Shown here one piece after another: positions 1 through 8,932 of a stretch of DNA of 64,000 nucleotides. Every line of letters starts with the position of its first letter. Within the stretch, counting starts at the first letter, position 1. The notes below the pieces were generated by a model. That model was not told the DNA's origin. It ran no database searches and saw only the letters and a list, made by a program, of their open reading frames with translations. The stretch is from a virus. Taxonomy: Duplodnaviria; Caudoviricetes. The DNA lies in IMG/VR virus record IMGVR_UViG_2854418831_000003, positions 1-64,000 of that record; one strand, written 5' to 3'. The translations under genes and the position numbers were made by a program.

Positions 1-30
1 TTATATTGCGCTGGCGACTTCTGGGCGCAC
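1..30 (-). mobile_element. Probable 5' end of a group II intron inserted in virD4
   Basis: Minus strand reads GGT AAC TGT|GTGCGCCCAGAAG. GUGCG is the group II 5' consensus and GTGCGCCCAGA matches the start of Ll.LtrB. VirD4 similarity stops exactly at GNC. Only 30 nt are visible. Confidence 0.6.
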
Positions 31-1530
31 ACAGTTACCCAGAATAGTATCTGCACTATCCTTATACATTGCCTTTAGCTGACTCTGTGACTGCAAAATA
101 ATAGAAGCAGAGATTTCCCTGCTTCGGATGGTTGCAATCAGCTTGTCAAACTGAGGAATTTGTCCAATATTGGCAAACTCATCAGCAATGACACGCACAT
201 GAACTGGCAGTCTTCCACCATATTCATCATCTGCTTTGTCACAAAGCAGATTGAAAAGCTGTGACTGTAACATGGCAATCACAAAGTTAAAGGTTGTATC
301 TGTATCGGACATAATCAAAAACAAGGCTGTCTTCCTGTCCCCAATCTTATCCAGTTCCATTTCATCATAAGACATGATCTCACGAAGTTCTGCTATATCA
401 AATGGTGCCAGCCTCGCACCACAGGAAATAAGAATACTTTTGGCTGTTTTGCCAGCCGCCATTTTGTATTTTTTATACTGTCTGACCGCAAAGTGCTGCG
501 GATCTCTTTCTTCCAGTTCCTGGAACATCATATCCACTGGATTCTGGTAAGTTTCATCCTCTTCACGGGTTTCGCTTTCATTCAAAAGATCCAGAAGGGT
601 ATTCAGATTCTTTTCCTCTTCATCTCCTTCATACCAGATAAAAGCAATCAATGCCGTGTACAACAGCTTCTCTGCTTTCACCCAAAAATCTTCGGAAGCT
701 TTTTCCCCTTCGCCTTTGGTATTAACAATAATTGTTGTAACCAGCTTCAGGATATCTTTTTCAGACCGTATATAAGCAAATGGATTGTAATGAAGCGATT
801 TGGAAAAGTTGATAGTATTCAGAACCTTAATCACATATGGTTCGTGTACCACTTTTCCTGATTTATCTTTCATAATATTTCCATTCTTATCTTTCTTAGG
901 TGGTCCCTTTGCTAACATCTTCCCGCACTCCTCGATCAGAGTGCCTTTCGGATCTGTAATGACCATGGAACAGTTCATCTGCATGACTGACGGCTTAACG
1001 AAAAATCGAGTTTTTCCGGAACCACTGCCGCCAATGACCACTATATTTTTATTTCTTGCATACTTTGGCTGTTTAGGTCTACTTTCCATAGTCAATGCTT
1101 CTGTTGCTGTTAATGGAATATTCATCCAGGGATCTTCCGACATATAAGGTTTAATATCCTCAGCGTTTCCCCATCTGGCTGAACCATACTCGATTCCTTT
1201 CCGGAGTTTCTTTGCATCTGACTGTTTCTGCCATACCAGTAATTTCAGAATGACAGCTGCTACAATTCCTGTCAGCATATCACGCCAGTTAAAACTTGGC
1301 TGCAATCCAGTAAGAATCCTGTCTGCATGTTCCATCGCATATAATAGCTTGTTCCCAATATCTTCTCCCAGACTGTTTCTGTAAAGAAATGATGCCCGAT
1401 TTGTATAAAAAGCAGTTAAGATATATGGGATATTGGTAAGAACCAGTTTCTTTTTATCCAGGGCGGACAGCCTGACCCTGATCTTATTCTTCCATTTTTG
1501 CATCAGATTTTTACCGATTTGCTTTTTCAT
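1..1530 (-). CDS. virD4: VirD4/TraG type IV coupling protein, 5' exon (interrupted at nt 30/31)
   Basis: GGSGSGKT Walker A, TDPKG, YNPF, DEFANIG Walker B; last 9 residues are non-homologous. Confidence 0.9.
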   Translation of the reverse strand: MKKQIGKNLMQKWKNKIRVRLSALDKKKLVLTNIPYILTAFYTNRASFLYRNSLGEDIGNKLLYAMEHADRILTGLQPSFNWRDMLTGIVAAVILKLLVWQKQSDAKKLRKGIEYGSARWGNAEDIKPYMSEDPWMNIPLTATEALTMESRPKQPKYARNKNIVVIGGSGSGKTRFFVKPSVMQMNCSMVITDPKGTLIEECGKMLAKGPPKKDKNGNIMKDKSGKVVHEPYVIKVLNTINFSKSLHYNPFAYIRSEKDILKLVTTIIVNTKGEGEKASEDFWVKAEKLLYTALIAFIWYEGDEEEKNLNTLLDLLNESETREEDETYQNPVDMMFQELEERDPQHFAVRQYKKYKMAAGKTAKSILISCGARLAPFDIAELREIMSYDEMELDKIGDRKTALFLIMSDTDTTFNFVIAMLQSQLFNLLCDKADDEYGGRLPVHVRVIADEFANIGQIPQFDKLIATIRSREISASIILQSQSQLKAMYKDSADTILGNCVRPEVASAI

Positions 1531-2018
1531 CGGCTCTGCTCCTGATGCCGGTTCTTTACTTTGTCCTTCGATTTCTTTGGCATCATTGCTCTGTAAGTTG
1601 CAAGACGCTTGTGAATAGAAGGCTTATTCGCTTTTTGAATCTGTTTCTGGGAAAACTCACGGAAAGCAGCATTGAGGGCATCCTGATCACGTCCTTTAAA
1701 AAACACCAGATACATCGGTGGATCTTTACTCTTATCTTTTTTCAAAGCATAATTGATCCCGTATTTTCTGGCATAACGTTCAAAGGACTTGATATTCTTA
1801 TTTGTGATCTCGATATTGACCATCCCGGCATTTTGTTTTGCCAGCTCTTTTACCGTGACCTTTCCCTGTTTCGGCTGATTCTTCTTCGCTTTCTTCTCTA
1901 CCGATTTCTGCTTCTGATGACGCAGATAAGCAGCAAGAACCTTTTTCAATAAATCTGCTGTTACTTTGGTAGTCCGAATGCAGAACGTGACCGTTTTCTG
2001 AGTTACCTCTTCCTGCAT
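1527..2018 (-). CDS. PcfB family conjugation protein
   Basis: MQEEV start, ARKYGINYALKKD and VFFKGRDQDALNAAF motifs; directly upstream of virD4. Confidence 0.75.
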   Translation of the reverse strand: MQEEVTQKTVTFCIRTTKVTADLLKKVLAAYLRHQKQKSVEKKAKKNQPKQGKVTVKELAKQNAGMVNIEITNKNIKSFERYARKYGINYALKKDKSKDPPMYLVFFKGRDQDALNAAFREFSQKQIQKANKPSIHKRLATYRAMMPKKSKDKVKNRHQEQSR

Positions 2019-2088
2019 GATTTTCCCTCCTTTCAGCGATTTAACTGCTGTCCAGATCTGTAATCATGGCAACCACCTCCATCATTCT

Positions 2089-2865
2089 TTACTCTTCCTC
2101 CGCACACAACGCTTTAAAAAATTCTTTTCCTTTTGGTGTAACCAATGTCTGTGAACCAAGATGTCCATTGTTAAAATAGTCTTTTACAATAAACAGATCA
2201 TTGTTCTTCTCCACCGCATAGGGTAACAGCGTGCCGGATGGACTCCTATATAGAAATCCTCTATTTAAAAGAAGTTTCACAAATTTTCTTTCTGGAAATT
2301 CAATCTCTTTTGCCGTCGTTCGAATATTGGTGCATTCTCCTGTAATCATGAAATGATCATAATAATCTGCTTTTGGCTGCATATCCTTTACACGATTTTG
2401 CAATTCTCGATTTCGATTGTTTTCTGCCAAAAGTCTCTCGGCAAATTCCAAAAGAAGTTCCGGGTTATCTTTTACCCTGTCTAAAAGATCGGTCTCTAAA
2501 TATCCGCCTGTTTTCCTAATAGCCGGAAGTACCTCATCAAATACCCACTTCTCAAAATTCTGTGCTGACTTTAAACGACTTTTTGTAATCAGCCGATATA
2601 CATCTCCCTCTGGAATAAAAATCATTGGCTGTACCCCACCTGATGTAAGGACGCCCCGTTTCAGGGCCCCCTTGCAATGAACATTTATCGCATTTCTTGG
2701 TTTTGCATATCCCAAAGCAAATGCTACATCAATTCCAGAAAATAAAAGTCTGCCTCCATCTTCAATCATACGGATGGAACCAAACTCCGAATTGTGAAAC
2801 TCTGTGATTTTATAATCCGTCTTCTCCATCCTCTTCTCCATCCTCTTCTCCTCCTGAACCGGCAA
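2089..2865 (-). CDS. Bro-N / KilAC(ANT) phage antirepressor-like protein
   Basis: N-terminal EFGSIR..FSGIDVAFALGY..IPEGDVYRLI..AQNFEKWVFDEVLPAIRKTGGY; C-terminal QPKADYYD..TNIRTTAKE..QTLVTPKGKEF. Confidence 0.85.
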   Translation of the reverse strand: MPVQEEKRMEKRMEKTDYKITEFHNSEFGSIRMIEDGGRLLFSGIDVAFALGYAKPRNAINVHCKGALKRGVLTSGGVQPMIFIPEGDVYRLITKSRLKSAQNFEKWVFDEVLPAIRKTGGYLETDLLDRVKDNPELLLEFAERLLAENNRNRELQNRVKDMQPKADYYDHFMITGECTNIRTTAKEIEFPERKFVKLLLNRGFLYRSPSGTLLPYAVEKNNDLFIVKDYFNNGHLGSQTLVTPKGKEFFKALCAEEE

Positions 2866-3259
2866 GTAACATCAAACCATTTTCAATGATTGTGCTCCTA
2901 ATAAACTCTGCTACATTCACGGTTAAATAACCAAGATATTCTGCAAGGAAACTACTATATTCCTCTTCTGTCAACAATTCCTCCAGTGCTTCCAAATGAG
3001 CTGTCACTTTAGAAGTCTGCTTTCCGCCAAGCAGCTTGCCTAATATTTCTGTAAATTCCTCTGTGTCACATGACTCAAACATACATAAGATCATCTCCAT
3101 TGTTGTTTCCAAAACCAAACGATCCATTTTCATTTGCGTCAGCTCTTCCATTGTTTTCATGGCAGTCATAAGCGCATCACTTGTCATATGTTCTGTATTG
3201 ATTCTTCCTTCTGAATCAACCAATCCTATTGCAAATAATTCTAAAAAGTATTTTCTCAT
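2810..3259 (-). CDS. Hypothetical acidic protein (start MRKYFL re-chosen by RBS)
   Basis: ORF with AGGAGG upstream of the ATG at 3259. Confidence 0.5.
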   Translation of the reverse strand: MRKYFLELFAIGLVDSEGRINTEHMTSDALMTAMKTMEELTQMKMDRLVLETTMEMILCMFESCDTEEFTEILGKLLGGKQTSKVTAHLEALEELLTEEEYSSFLAEYLGYLTVNVAEFIRSTIIENGLMLLAGSGGEEDGEEDGEDGL

Positions 3260-3272
3260 AAATCTTGTCCTC

Positions 3273-3683
3273 CTATCGAAATGGCATTTCTTGTTCAAGT
3301 TCTTCTGGTATATCGAATGGAATCTTCCTCTTCTCTGCTGGTTGAAATCCGTCAGATTCTTCTTTTTTTGTTTTGGCTTCTGCAAACTCTACATTATCCA
3401 TAATGACTTCGGTATAATAGGATGCAGTTCCAGTCTGTTCATCTTTGATCTGAGAGATTACCAACTCTCCGGAAAGAGCAATCTTAATTCCTTTTTCAAG
3501 ATATTTCTCCACAAATTCTGCATTATTTCCATAAGCTGTGATCATCACTACAAATGCTTTGCTTGTGCGATTTCTTTTTACTACCAGTGGAAACCTAGAT
3601 ACTTTGGTTTGTCCCTTTTGCGTAGATGTCAGCTTAGTTTCTGGATCTCTGGCAAGTCTACCCATTAAAACAATCGTATTCAT
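3273..3683 (-). CDS. ssb: Single-stranded DNA-binding protein
   Basis: MNTIVLMGRLARDPE N-terminus, YLEKGIKIALSGEL, acidic tail ending MPF. Confidence 0.9.
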   Translation of the reverse strand: MNTIVLMGRLARDPETKLTSTQKGQTKVSRFPLVVKRNRTSKAFVVMITAYGNNAEFVEKYLEKGIKIALSGELVISQIKDEQTGTASYYTEVIMDNVEFAEAKTKKEESDGFQPAEKRKIPFDIPEELEQEMPFR

Positions 3684-3880
3684 TCTTTTTGTCCTCCCTT
3701 TCTTCCTGCAACACCCTTCCCTGGTATTTCAAACAGGATAATAATCTGTGCATTTTCTGCACGAAAAAATGAGGAATGGATTCGAACCATTCCCCACTTG
3801 CTACAGGATTTCTCCTGTAATATAAATAAGAAAATCTAAGTATTCACATTTGGGCTTTGTCTGTACATATACATCTGATC

Positions 3881-4020
3881 GTTATCATTCCAGATAACCC
3901 GGCTGTAAAAATACAGTCACAGTCTCTGTTTCAGCAGAGGTCCTGTACCCTTCGGTGGTATCATTATTGCTTCGCTCTTCCCGTAGGAGTCTTCGCCTGC
4001 ACGAGCCGGATTATCTCCGG
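3881..4020. ncRNA. Candidate structured leader RNA or ssDNA structure (run of short hairpins)
   Basis: Stems GTTATC/GATAAC, CTGTA/TACAG, CTCTG/CAGAG, TACC/GGTA, TCC-CGTA-GGA and CCGGA/TCCGG in 140 bp of non-coding DNA; family not identified. Confidence 0.35.
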
Positions 4021-4139
4021 TAAGCATGTTCCTCAAGATGTATCAGCTCCTTCAATTGTCAAGGTGCAATCGGAAGAACTGTCTGAACCTCTTTTACGTT
4101 TGTGATTTTTGGAAATCAGAGGATTTTCAATTTGCCTTC

Positions 4140-4198
4140 CATATACTCTGTATTGGGAGCGACAAAATCGGACATGATTTTAGAAATTTTTTGAAATT
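4140..4198 (-). promoter_or_regulatory. Conserved ICE promoter/operator motif, copy 1
   Basis: About 58-bp near-duplicate of 11051-11109 (CATATACTCTGTA..CAAAATCGGACAT.ATTTT..GAAATTT). Confidence 0.55.
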
Positions 4199-4268
4199 AT
4201 TTTTTGAAGTGTAAAAAGATATAAAAAAAAGATGCCAGGATTTCTCCTGACACCATAGTGACTATGCC

Positions 4269-4295
4269 AACTTCGTGCCCACTGGGCACAAGGTT
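4269..4295. repeat. GTGCCCA-N-TGGGCAC palindrome, copy 1
   Basis: AACTTCGTGCCCACTGGGCACAAGGTT; related copies at 6064 and 6129. Confidence 0.8.
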
Positions 4296-4302
4296 GATTG
4301 TA

Positions 4303-4512
4303 TTATTCTTCATTTCCTAATGATATTGGTTCTTTCTTTGTTTTCTTGTTTTTAGATATCATCTTATGACCTGTGTAAATAGCCATAATCATACAAAGCA
4401 AAGAACTTGCCGCAAAATATTTATGGCTTGATTTTGAACCTTTATATCCGCCATAAAAAGTTCCTAGCATCGTTATCAATGCTCCGACAGACCAATATTC
4501 ATGAGCTTTCAT
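4303..4512 (-). CDS. Small two-helix membrane protein
   Basis: Two hydrophobic segments and a basic tail, RBS GGGAG. Confidence 0.55.
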   Translation of the reverse strand: MKAHEYWSVGALITMLGTFYGGYKGSKSSHKYFAASSLLCMIMAIYTGHKMISKNKKTKKEPISLGNEE

Positions 4513-4587
4513 TCTAACATCTCCCTTTGTGTTAATTTTAATATGTACCGTTTGATGAAATATGCAAACAGGAATTTGGAACGTGCT

Positions 4588-5127
4588 TTATAAATTTTTT
4601 CCGATCCCCTCAAGTTCGTTCATGGAATCCTTGTTTTTTTCAAGTTCATCTCTGGCTGTTGCATAATATGATTTTTTGAAAAGCATATCCCATGAAAGAT
4701 ATTTTGCCATACAGTCAAACTGCTTATCAATCAGCTCATACTGGATACTGTCTACGGGAGAACCGCCTACAACAATCGTGCCAACTTTTTTATTTTTTAA
4801 CTGCAATCCACGGCAGTAGCACTTATCAATGATAAGTTTCAATTGTGCTGACATTCCCCACCAATAAACTGGTGTAGCAAAAAGAATCATATCTGCGGCA
4901 GCAATTTTATCAATTGTAGGATTTGTATCATCCTTATCGACGCATCCCTTAGAGCATTGACAGACACCACATCCCTTGCATGGTGCAATGTTGAGTTTGT
5001 CAGGTTCAATGATTTCAATTTCATTCTTTTCTGATGCTCCTTTTATAAATGCATTGATTGCTGTCAGCGTGTTTCCTTTTCTGGCACTTCCATTAATGAT
5101 TACAATTTTCATGCGTGTATCCTCCAA
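4588..5127 (-). CDS. Flavodoxin-like NAD(P)H-dependent FMN reductase
   Basis: INGSARKGNT, CKGCGVC, DMILFATPVYWW motifs. Confidence 0.85.
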   Translation of the reverse strand: MEDTRMKIVIINGSARKGNTLTAINAFIKGASEKNEIEIIEPDKLNIAPCKGCGVCQCSKGCVDKDDTNPTIDKIAAADMILFATPVYWWGMSAQLKLIIDKCYCRGLQLKNKKVGTIVVGGSPVDSIQYELIDKQFDCMAKYLSWDMLFKKSYYATARDELEKNKDSMNELEGIGKNL

Positions 5128-5136
5128 CTTCCGATT

Positions 5137-5694
5137 TCATGATATCATTTCTAATACAGATTTTACCGTATTTTTCAGATTCAGTCCATCTTTTAATCCC
5201 AGTCGATAGAAAAATTCTTCTGTTTCTGCTCCACTGCTAAAAATTGCATTACAGTATTCCGTAATCACTTCTTCCTGTTCTTGGGATAACGTTTCCAGTA
5301 ATTTCTGGTATTTCTTATCAATCTCACTTACTGGCTCTTTATCCTGCTTTAACTTCCATTCTGAATATGCTTTCCCCATATGCTCTGTAATTGTCAGATT
5401 CACAAATTCCTGCACTTCCTCGGATATGGTGCTCGCAGATTCCTGTTTATCTTTCTTTTTATCATTTGATTTTTCAAGTGTCGTGTCATCAATATAACGA
5501 ATGATTTCTCGAATATTTGACTTCATCGACTGCAGATATCCTTTCATCAGCACAGCTACTTTTCTAGCATCCGATTTTTCGGTTTCTTTTTCCAGCATAT
5601 AAAACTCTTCCAGTTCTTTCAGAATATCCATCCCTGCTTTCATCTGAAATTCCACCTCAAGCAAATCATCCATCACTTTATATAATTCTTCCAT
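5137..5694 (-). CDS. Hypothetical protein
   Basis: 185-aa ORF in operon; C-terminal FFYRLGLKDG motif is common in Clostridiales mobile elements. Confidence 0.55.
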   Translation of the reverse strand: MEELYKVMDDLLEVEFQMKAGMDILKELEEFYMLEKETEKSDARKVAVLMKGYLQSMKSNIREIIRYIDDTTLEKSNDKKKDKQESASTISEEVQEFVNLTITEHMGKAYSEWKLKQDKEPVSEIDKKYQKLLETLSQEQEEVITEYCNAIFSSGAETEEFFYRLGLKDGLNLKNTVKSVLEMIS

Positions 5695-5739
5695 TGTTTA
5701 TTTCTGCCTTTCCATATAGCGCCACTATATTTTCCACAA

Positions 5740-6078
5740 TCATCCAAAAATAAATTCCTGTAATCCACATTTCACAACTTCAATTACTGCAACTATCCCC
5801 ATACCGATATGTGGGAGTAGAACAAACACTACTGTCGTAATAATCGCTGATTTCATTGTCCAGTCCGTACTGATTCCAAACCCAATACTCAAAACTTCTG
5901 TCACAACAGAGATTCCGGCTATCAGATAGCAGAATCCAGCAGATAACCCAACCAGGAACACCAGCACAATATTCACCGCTGCAAGTACCAGCCAAACAGG
6001 AGCTGCAATAATTCGAAATGGCAGTTTTATCATAAATCTCAACATAATTCTTCCTCCTACTTTGTGCCCAGTGGACAC
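5740..6078 (-). CDS. Hypothetical membrane protein
   Basis: Hydrophobic ORF, likely start at MLRFMIK. Confidence 0.5.
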   Translation of the reverse strand: MSTGHKVGGRIMLRFMIKLPFRIIAAPVWLVLAAVNIVLVFLVGLSAGFCYLIAGISVVTEVLSIGFGISTDWTMKSAIITTVVFVLLPHIGMGIVAVIEVVKCGLQEFIFG

Positions 6079-6149
6079 AAGGTTATTTTAGCATATCTGC
6101 CAGATATGACTATCTCTTTTTAAACTTCGTGCCCAGTGGGCACAAAGTT
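6064..6149. repeat. GTGCCCAGTGG(G/A)CAC palindromes, copies 2 and 3
   Basis: GTGCCCAGTGGACAC at 6064-6078; AACTTCGTGCCCAGTGGGCACAAAGTT at 6123-6149, directly after the repA stop. Confidence 0.8.
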
Positions 6150-6150
6150 C

Positions 6151-7245
6151 TTACCTGTCTGGAATATCCTTCCCCCAGTACATGTCATGTCGAACTTCAG
6201 CATCATAAAACTGATTGATTGTTGCAGGAGCGTTATACAATACCGTCAGCATATACTGCCGGATATTCTTCACTTTGCTTGTACTCCTGTCAAGACTGAA
6301 AAACACATACTGGATGTGTTCATACCCGACTTTGAGCAAACGGCTCTTGACCACTTGTGTAGGCACAGCTTCCCCATTGATCTGTTGATATGTCTTTGTC
6401 GAACATATTGCATCCAGCATCAGCTCTACCAGCTCTTCTACTCGTCCAGTTCCATAGCTCTGACAAAGGATCTCATATTCGATATTATCATGAATTAACT
6501 GTCGATACTCATTTCTCTCCTGTATCCTATCTCTCCCTTTCTCTTGTTCAGATAGATATTGATAAGATTCATTCTCACTAAATTCAGTATAATTATATTC
6601 AGTATTATTACAGTTTGTTTTTGAAACTTCTTGAAGTTTGTTTTCTAAACTTCTTGAAGTTTGTTTTTCAAACTCCTTGAAGTTTGTTTTTGAAACTTCT
6701 TGAAGTTTATTTTTCAAACTTCCTGAAGTTTGTTTTTCAAACTTCTGTGTATTTACGGGCTTTTCCGGCTCTTTTTTCGCATATTCTTCTATTTCTGTCT
6801 CTGTATTTTCTTTTCTCTCTGCTACATTTTCCGGTGTTTCTTCCGAATCAAAGATTGCTGGCTCATCTGGATATTCTGTCAGGCTGAAATTTTTCACGTA
6901 AATAACATTTGTTTTTCCAAGTCCGATTCGCCTCTTCTCAATCAATCCAATCCCTTTTTCCTGATCCAGCTCTTTTAGACAATTCACAGCCTTATTCCTG
7001 CCACAGTTAAGCATTTCCATAATCTCTTCCACCGAAAAGAAAATATATGCCCTGTCCTCTTCATCAAACCACCGGTTCTTGATGGACAGTGACATCCGGT
7101 CTAACATCAGTCCGTACAGCACCTTTGCTTCGCAGGAGAGATTTTTAAAATATTCACTTGTAAACAGCAGTTTGGGAATACGATAAAAACTGTACATATC
7201 GCATTCCATTCCTTGAAAATAATGGAATGTTGCTCTTATACTCAT
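6151..7245 (-). CDS. repA: RepA_N family replication initiator
   Basis: FYRIPKLLF..LSCEAKVLYGLMLDRMSLSIKNRWFDEEDRAYIFF..GLGKTNVIYVK; C-terminal KVKNIRQYMLTVLYNA. Confidence 0.85.
   Translation of the reverse strand: MSIRATFHYFQGMECDMYSFYRIPKLLFTSEYFKNLSCEAKVLYGLMLDRMSLSIKNRWFDEEDRAYIFFSVEEIMEMLNCGRNKAVNCLKELDQEKGIGLIEKRRIGLGKTNVIYVKNFSLTEYPDEPAIFDSEETPENVAERKENTETEIEEYAKKEPEKPVNTQKFEKQTSGSLKNKLQEVSKTNFKEFEKQTSRSLENKLQEVSKTNCNNTEYNYTEFSENESYQYLSEQEKGRDRIQERNEYRQLIHDNIEYEILCQSYGTGRVEELVELMLDAICSTKTYQQINGEAVPTQVVKSRLLKVGYEHIQYVFFSLDRSTSKVKNIRQYMLTVLYNAPATINQFYDAEVRHDMYWGKDIPDR
6612..6746. repeat. Six tandem 23-bp iteron-like repeats inside repA
   Basis: AGTTTGTTTTTGAAACTTCTTGA units at 6612, 6635, 6658, 6681, 6704 and 6727. 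Confidence 0.85.
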
Positions 7246-7269
7246 GACACATCCCTCCCTTCGTACTTA

Positions 7270-8136
7270 TCAATGATTCTGATTGCTCCATTCCTCCAAA
7301 AGCTGACATATAACAGTCCGTATCTTCTGTTCATCATACTCTGGAGGAAAATACTTCTTAATTTCATCCTGTTTTAATGTTACCGTTGTTTTCTTTTTAC
7401 GCTCTCCTATAACCAGGAGCCGCACAATCTCTTTTGTCAGCGTTTTTTCTTCTCGATGTTGCCTTATTTTTTTTGCCTGTTCCAGACTTGGATATTTTCC
7501 GGTACTCTCATGCACTTCCTCCACCATCTCCTGTTCTGGAACCGTAAGGTAGGAAAGCTCTACACCTACCTGCAATCCGATCACATCACGATCTACTGCG
7601 TTTAATAGGTCATTCATCAGATAAGTAAGCCGGATATAGCGATACACCTGCCTTGCACTGTCATTTGCGTTCTTTCCAATGTCTTTCGCACTGATACCGC
7701 CTGATGTTCCCTGATGATTCATTGCTTCCATCTTCATACGGTAAGCAAATGCCTTTTCACTTGGGAGTATATTAGGTCTCTGCAGATTGCTGTCTACCAT
7801 CGCACGGACAGCTGTATCTTGATCCATATTTCTGATAATAACCGGAACCTCTTTAAGACCAGCAAGTTGTGCCGCATGTCTCCTTCTGTGACCGGCGATG
7901 ATTTCATATTCACCATCACCCAGCGGTCGTACCAGTAATGCTGTAAGAATTCCCTCTTCTTTCACACTTTCCACCAGTTCCGCCATTGCCTCATCATCAT
8001 TTACTTGAAATGGATGGTTCTCGAAAGAATGTAAATGCTCAAGTGAAACCTGCTGGATATCGTTCGTTTCTTCTCCTCCTCCAAGTAATTCATCATAAGA
8101 TGTCAGTTTTATCTTCGATGCACTTCTACCTTTCAT
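7270..8136 (-). CDS. parB: ParB/Spo0J partition protein
   Basis: LVESVKEEGILTALLVRP..YEIIAGHRRRHA..MVDSNLQR. Confidence 0.9.
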   Translation of the reverse strand: MKGRSASKIKLTSYDELLGGGEETNDIQQVSLEHLHSFENHPFQVNDDEAMAELVESVKEEGILTALLVRPLGDGEYEIIAGHRRRHAAQLAGLKEVPVIIRNMDQDTAVRAMVDSNLQRPNILPSEKAFAYRMKMEAMNHQGTSGGISAKDIGKNANDSARQVYRYIRLTYLMNDLLNAVDRDVIGLQVGVELSYLTVPEQEMVEEVHESTGKYPSLEQAKKIRQHREEKTLTKEIVRLLVIGERKKKTTVTLKQDEIKKYFPPEYDEQKIRTVICQLLEEWSNQNH

Positions 8137-8932
8137 CCAAAAGCACCTCCTGTGTCATCTGCCAATATGCAGCCGCTACTTTTCCTTTTGGATCATGCTC
8201 AAATATGCTGATTCCTTCCGCACTGATTTCAGCTGCTCGTACTGAAAATGGAATACTCTGTGGAAAAATCTTAATCTGGTTTCCATATGTATCAAAAATC
8301 AGATCAGATATATCTCTTGCATAGTTCGTTCGGTTATCCACCATTGTGATCAATATACCTCCAATTTTCAGTTGTTTGTTAAGCTGTCTTCGCACCTTTC
8401 CTATCGTCCGTATCAGCTGTTCTAGACCCTTTACAGGAAGATAAGCCGCCTGGACAGGTATAATAACTGCATCGACACTGGCAAGTGCATTGATCGTCAG
8501 CATTCCAAGTGATGGCATACAGTCAATCAATATATAGTCGTATTCTTCTCTCATTCTTTCTATATATTGTTTTAAGACAAGTTCCCTGCTCATAATATTT
8601 ACAAGTGAAACTTCCATTCCAGAGAGTTCGATGTTTGCCGGAATCAAATCAATTCCTTCCTGGTGATGTAAAATTCCCAGTGTATTTTCAAATAGTTCAT
8701 CTTCTACAATCTTTGTCAGAATAGTAGCCAGTGTGATTGGTAATTCATCTGGGTTATGATACCCAAGACTTGCTGTCATACTTCCCTGCGGATCATTGTC
8801 AATCACAAGCACTTTCTTCCCTGCTTTTGCAAGTCCGACTGCCAGATTCACGCAACTTGTTGTCTTGCCAACCCCGCCTTTTTGTGAACACAATGCCAGC
8901 ACTTTACAATCCTTCATTACTTTCTCTTCCAT
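8126..8932 (-). CDS. parA: ParA/Soj ATPase
   Basis: QKGGVGKTT, IDNDPQG, LIDCMPSLG. Confidence 0.92.
   Translation of the reverse strand: MEEKVMKDCKVLALCSQKGGVGKTTSCVNLAVGLAKAGKKVLVIDNDPQGSMTASLGYHNPDELPITLATILTKIVEDELFENTLGILHHQEGIDLIPANIELSGMEVSLVNIMSRELVLKQYIERMREEYDYILIDCMPSLGMLTINALASVDAVIIPVQAAYLPVKGLEQLIRTIGKVRRQLNKQLKIGGILITMVDNRTNYARDISDLIFDTYGNQIKIFPQSIPFSVRAAEISAEGISIFEHDPKGKVAAAYWQMTQEVLLDER

Noticed and set aside
2821-2850. 12-bp tandem repeat CTTCTCCATCCT
   Set aside because: Two and a half units in a gene overlap (GEEDGEEDG / MEKRMEK); a simple slippage duplication that keeps both frames.
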